Virus record (IMG/VR): IMGVR_UViG_3300032254_000015
Coordinates: 1-37,839 of that record
Length of the DNA: 37,839 nt
Reading direction: 5' to 3' (one strand)
Source of the DNA: a virus
Taxonomy: Duplodnaviria; Caudoviricetes
Positions 34,080 through 37,839 of the stretch are shown here, piece by piece (the stretch's first letter is position 1; the number at the start of each line of letters is the position of its first letter). Under the pieces are notes generated by a model. That model saw only the letters and a program-made list of their open reading frames with translations. It made no database searches and was not told the origin of the DNA. The translations under genes and the position numbers were made by a program.

Positions 34080-35744
34080 ATGGATAAATCTGATATTAAA
34101 AAAGCATCGAATAAAAAAGCACTTAGTCAGGAGATTGCAACGCGACAGTCTGATCCAAATTTTTATGGTGCTTTATCTTATTTACCCAATCCCGATGAAA
34201 TACTTCGTAAACTTGGCCGTTCACAAGAAGTGTTTGCTTCTATCATTGCTGATGCTCATGTTATTGGTGAAATGCGCTCTATTCGTTCTGGTTTGATAAA
34301 GTATGAATATCGCTTACAAGCTGGTGGTGACTCACCTGCAGATATACGGGCTTTGGAATTGTGCCAGCAGGTAATGAAAAATAAACCAGCCAAAGGTATG
34401 CAATGGATTGATACCTTCTGGAATATGGCGCAGGGTGTATTTCGTGGACACCAAGTTCATGAAGTGGTTTGGAAACGTGAGGGCCAGTTCCTGGTACCAG
34501 ATAAAATTGTTGATCGGCCACAACGTCGATTCTTATTTTCACCGGATAACGACTTACGTTTAAAAACTAAACAATCGCCTAATGGTGAAGAGTTAGGTGA
34601 TTATAAGTGGCTGATGACACGGCACATGCCAAGTTATGAAAACCCGTATGGTGTAGCATTGCTTTCATCGTGTTTCTGGCCTTATACCTTTAAGCATAAT
34701 GGCTTTAAATACTTCGCGAAGTTTTGTGAGAAATACGGCATTCCCTGGGCTATTGGAAAATACCCACAAGGCACTCCACCAAAAGAACAAGATGCGCTGC
34801 TAGATGGTTTAGCCAATATGGTTGAAGACGCGATAGCAGCAATACCTGATAGTGGTGCCGTCCAGTTATTAGAACACAAACACTCAGGTTCATTAGTGCA
34901 AGAAAATTTAATTAAAACTTGTAATAGTGAAATGAGTAAAGCGCTCACATCACAAACACTGGCCACTGAAATTCAAGGCGAAGGTTCGCGTGCAGCAAGT
35001 GAAACACACCGTGGCCGTGAAGAAGATGTTAATGAATCTGACCGTGTCATCATAAGTGCAGCAATGAATGAACTCTTTACCTGGATAACCGAAATAAACA
35101 TCAAAGATGCCAGGCCACCTACCTTTGAGTTTTACCAGGAAGAAGAAGCCCGCCAGGAATGGGTGGATGTTTTCAAAGACTCGCGTGAGTTTATGGATAT
35201 CCCTAAACAATTTGCACATGCCCGTTTGCAAATTCCAATGGCAAAAGAAGGTGAAGATGTCTTACCCCGTACTGGTAGTGCAACACCTGGGGCGGTAAAT
35301 TTCAGCCAATATGATAAAGCAGTAGAAAATAAGGCCGATGAGATTAGAGATATATTTTTTTCTAATTCAAGTGCTAGCTTCCGGGAAAATGTACTTAATT
35401 TATTTCCAGATATATGTGGTGACGAGCAAGATAAATTATATGCAAACATACTAGCCAACGATTCATTGTATGTTAAAAAATCATGCCCTAGTTGTAATCA
35501 TGATTTCAACGAACACGATGACCCGCTTACTAAGTTAACAGACCAGGCAATGGGCCAAGCTGATGAATTAATCGAAGGCATGATTGATGAAGTGCGTGAC
35601 TTATTATTCAATGCAAATTCACTTGAAGAGTTCCGTGATGGCCTTGTGAAAATTTACCCAGATATTACAGAAACCAAGCTTGGTGAAATGACCAGCATGG
35701 CATTAATGACTGGTTCACTACAAGGTACGGAGGATGCAGAATGA
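34080..35744 (+). CDS. Portal protein (Mu gp29, DUF935)
   Basis: NPD.ILR, NPYG..L, F.EKYGIPW.IGKY, GSRAASETH; GAGG SD before ATG 34080. Confidence 0.93.
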   Translation: MDKSDIKKASNKKALSQEIATRQSDPNFYGALSYLPNPDEILRKLGRSQEVFASIIADAHVIGEMRSIRSGLIKYEYRLQAGGDSPADIRALELCQQVMKNKPAKGMQWIDTFWNMAQGVFRGHQVHEVVWKREGQFLVPDKIVDRPQRRFLFSPDNDLRLKTKQSPNGEELGDYKWLMTRHMPSYENPYGVALLSSCFWPYTFKHNGFKYFAKFCEKYGIPWAIGKYPQGTPPKEQDALLDGLANMVEDAIAAIPDSGAVQLLEHKHSGSLVQENLIKTCNSEMSKALTSQTLATEIQGEGSRAASETHRGREEDVNESDRVIISAAMNELFTWITEINIKDARPPTFEFYQEEEARQEWVDVFKDSREFMDIPKQFAHARLQIPMAKEGEDVLPRTGSATPGAVNFSQYDKAVENKADEIRDIFFSNSSASFRENVLNLFPDICGDEQDKLYANILANDSLYVKKSCPSCNHDFNEHDDPLTKLTDQAMGQADELIEGMIDEVRDLLFNANSLEEFRDGLVKIYPDITETKLGEMTSMALMTGSLQGTEDAE

Positions 35745-35941
35745 CTATTGAAATAGGTCTATGGATAATTCCAACATTAATTACAGTTATATCTATTCTG
35801 GCTGCTTGGTTTATAGCTCCAGAATCAGATTCTAGTGGTCGATATCCTGACTTCGGCTCTCTATTTTGGCTGGGTATAAACTTAATCGTGGCACTAATAA
35901 TTTCATTATTGTCATGGATTGTTTTTGCGATTTTCGCATAG
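35741..35941 (+). CDS. Small two-TM protein (moron)
   Basis: ATGA coupling; GGAGG SD; two hydrophobic helices. Confidence 0.75.
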   Translation: MTIEIGLWIIPTLITVISILAAWFIAPESDSSGRYPDFGSLFWLGINLIVALIISLLSWIVFAIFA

Positions 35942-35950
35942 GTTTGAATT

Positions 35951-36211
35951 ATGGCTGTATATGTAGATGCTGCAATTTACCCATATGGAAGAATGCTGAT
36001 GTGCCATATACTGGCCGATACGCTAGATGAATTGCATGAAATGGCTGACAAAATTGGTGTTGCACGAAAACATTATCAAGGGCCACCAAAAACTAAAAGG
36101 CCACATTACGATATATGCAAATCAAAGAGAGCCATTGCAGTAAGTCATGGTGCTATTGAAGCAGACAGGAAAACAATAGTAGCTGTATCCAGGAGAATAA
36201 AAATTGGCTGA
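35951..36211 (+). CDS. DUF4031 family protein
   Basis: VYVD, MCH..AD..DELH.MA..IG, HYDI. Confidence 0.88.
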   Translation: MAVYVDAAIYPYGRMLMCHILADTLDELHEMADKIGVARKHYQGPPKTKRPHYDICKSKRAIAVSHGAIEADRKTIVAVSRRIKIG

Positions 36212-37448
36212 AATTAAAGCAGACAATATTCCCTTCAAAGAAGCCATTGATCACTTCCAGGGCAAACTAAAAATACCATCCCAGCATTGGGATGACATGC
36301 TGGGTGAAGTGCATGCCAAAGCATTCACTGTTGCCGGTGCAACTAAAGCCGATTTATTAACTGACTTTCATACCGCAGTAACTGATGCCATTAAAAATGG
36401 TACCACCATCACTGACTTCAGAAAGCAGTTTGATAAAACGGTAGCTAAACATGGCTGGTCTTACAAAGGTAAACGTGGCTGGCGTACCCGTGTTATTTAC
36501 GATACAAACTTACGCACCGCACATGCCGCTGGTAAGTGGCAACAGTTCCAACGATTAAAAGACCGTCGACCATTTTTACAGTATTTCACTGCAGGTGATG
36601 AAAATGTCCGGCCACAGCATAGTGAGTGGAATTTAATCGTTTTGCATATAGATGATCCGTGGTGGTCATCGCACTATCCACCCAATGATTTTGGATGCCG
36701 TTGTGGTGCTCGTTCTCTGTCCCTTAGACAGATAAGAAAAGAAAAACTAGATATCTCTCAGGCACCAGCTCTCGATCCAACTGAACGTATAAACATTGCT
36801 TCAGGTGAGATTTATGGCGATGTTCCCAAAGGTATAGGTGTTGGTTGGGACTACAATGTTGGCAAAGCTTGGCTGGGCCCAGATATCGCTTTTGGTGAAA
36901 AGATTATGGCCATGCCATCACCACTCAGAACAGCAGCATTGAACAACGCAAAAGACCTTGCACCGCATCTTGAAAAAGCGTTCAGTCCGTGGGCAAATAA
37001 ATTGTTAACACGTAAAAAAACACTCGGTGAAATTAAGACAGTTGGCTACCTTTCACCACGCATTGTTAATGAATTAATACGACGAAATCAAGCACCCACC
37101 ACCGCTGTGATCACCACCACTGACCGTGACGTAATGCACATGCTTCGTAGTGCTAAAGATGGCAAACATTTACCCGTGGATATGGTGCGCTCACTACCCG
37201 ATCACATACATAATCCAAAAGCCATTTTGTGGGATAAAAGAGATCCTGGACTACTCTATGTTTTCGATATGCCAGGCGAAAAACGTGACGGAAAAATAGT
37301 GGTGCGAGTGAACTATAAAACCAAAGCCAGAGCAGCTGATGGTGGCCGCCACGCGGTACAAACGAATAGCCTTAGAACCGGCGGTTTAGTTGAGGTGCAA
37401 AACTTAAAAGAAAAAAAGGTTTATGAAGTATTAGAAGGTGAATTATGA
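36204..37448 (+). CDS. MuF (gp30) head morphogenesis protein with C-terminal extension
   Basis: AFTVAG, IYDTN..TA..AG, D..VRP.H, DPWW..HYPPN.FGCRC, GWDYNVG, plus about 190 extra aa; TTG start after AGGAG. Confidence 0.9.
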   Translation: MAEIKADNIPFKEAIDHFQGKLKIPSQHWDDMLGEVHAKAFTVAGATKADLLTDFHTAVTDAIKNGTTITDFRKQFDKTVAKHGWSYKGKRGWRTRVIYDTNLRTAHAAGKWQQFQRLKDRRPFLQYFTAGDENVRPQHSEWNLIVLHIDDPWWSSHYPPNDFGCRCGARSLSLRQIRKEKLDISQAPALDPTERINIASGEIYGDVPKGIGVGWDYNVGKAWLGPDIAFGEKIMAMPSPLRTAALNNAKDLAPHLEKAFSPWANKLLTRKKTLGEIKTVGYLSPRIVNELIRRNQAPTTAVITTTDRDVMHMLRSAKDGKHLPVDMVRSLPDHIHNPKAILWDKRDPGLLYVFDMPGEKRDGKIVVRVNYKTKARAADGGRHAVQTNSLRTGGLVEVQNLKEKKVYEVLEGEL

Positions 37449-37452
37449 CCAT

Positions 37453-37606
37453 CATGGAGGGGCGCTATCCTGGAACTCACCAACAGGCTTATCCAGTATC
37501 CCTCATGTATGAATCTCTCGAATCAAGCGAGCAGCCCAGCGTCTTTCTGTCGTCACAACGGCCACAATCCACAACCTAATAATAGCTTGAATATGAATAA
37601 AAACAA
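37453..37606 (-). ncRNA. Candidate structured RNA convergent on muF
   Basis: Minus-strand TTGTTT-N16-TATTAT (37606-37579); stems at 37453-37507, 37517-37531, 37549-37562. Confidence 0.35.
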
Positions 37607-37661
37607 CCTTAAAACATCTTTAAACGACATTTTAAAGCTATTTTACTGACAATTTATGGAT

Positions 37662-37705
37662 CGTTTTTTACCAGTATTGTGATCATTTATTACTGGTAAA
37701 AAACG
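37662..37705. repeat. Perfect 15-bp inverted repeat near the right end
   Basis: CGTTTTTTACCAGTA-N14-TACTGGTAAAAAACG. Confidence 0.8.
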
Positions 37706-37720
37706 TTTTTCTGATAATTT

Positions 37721-37839
37721 TGTTTCAAAATGATTGTAAACTAAATTTTCACGAAAAATCACCTAAGTATTTGTTTTCGTTTTTTATTTTTCTTTTTTTC
37801 TTATTTTACTATTTGATTCATTATCATCATCACCCCACA
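37721..37839 (-). repeat. Terminal end with spaced transposase-binding sites (Mu attL-like)
   Basis: Inverted copy of the 18-mer at 37721-37738 (15/18); degenerate copy at 37814-37831 (10/18) in the same register from the end; ends CA-3'. Confidence 0.82.

Larger units (their letters stand above)
1..37839. mobile_element. Complete Mu-like transposable phage genome (contractile tail)
   Basis: Starts TGT and ends ACA; end repeats; DDE transposase + AAA+ ATPase, ner, gemA, mor; Mu-type portal, MuF, protease, sheath and baseplate genes. Confidence 0.96.

Noticed and set aside
1-37839. tRNA or rRNA genes and a target-site duplication
   Set aside because: No cloverleaf or rRNA-like region recognised; the window has no host flanks, so a duplication cannot be assessed

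Overview
The window looks like one complete transposable (Mu-like) myophage/prophage genome of 37,839 bp, trimmed exactly at its TG...CA ends, with transposase-binding repeats at both ends. The layout is not Mu-like. The control region (repressor/ner) is central. Head, tail and DNA-methylase genes run leftward (16459 to 115). Early/transposition genes (DDE transposase, MuB-like ATPase, gemA, mor), lysis genes and packaging genes (terminase, portal, MuF) run rightward (19854 to 37448). Main points: (1) a lambda RexA/RexB-like exclusion pair downstream of the repressor; (2) two antisense genes each overlaid by a stop-free ORF on the operon strand, coupled to both neighbours; (3) two matched Mor/C-type late promoters that appear to make leaderless mRNAs; (4) a MuF protein with a putative nuclease-like C-terminal extension followed by a structured, possibly antisense RNA; (5) a structured antisense sRNA candidate upstream of the methylase; (6) a candidate strong gyrase site near the midpoint; (7) a GGGAAAG -1 frameshift in the tail chaperone. 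All family calls come from recalled motifs and synteny; no database searches were run.
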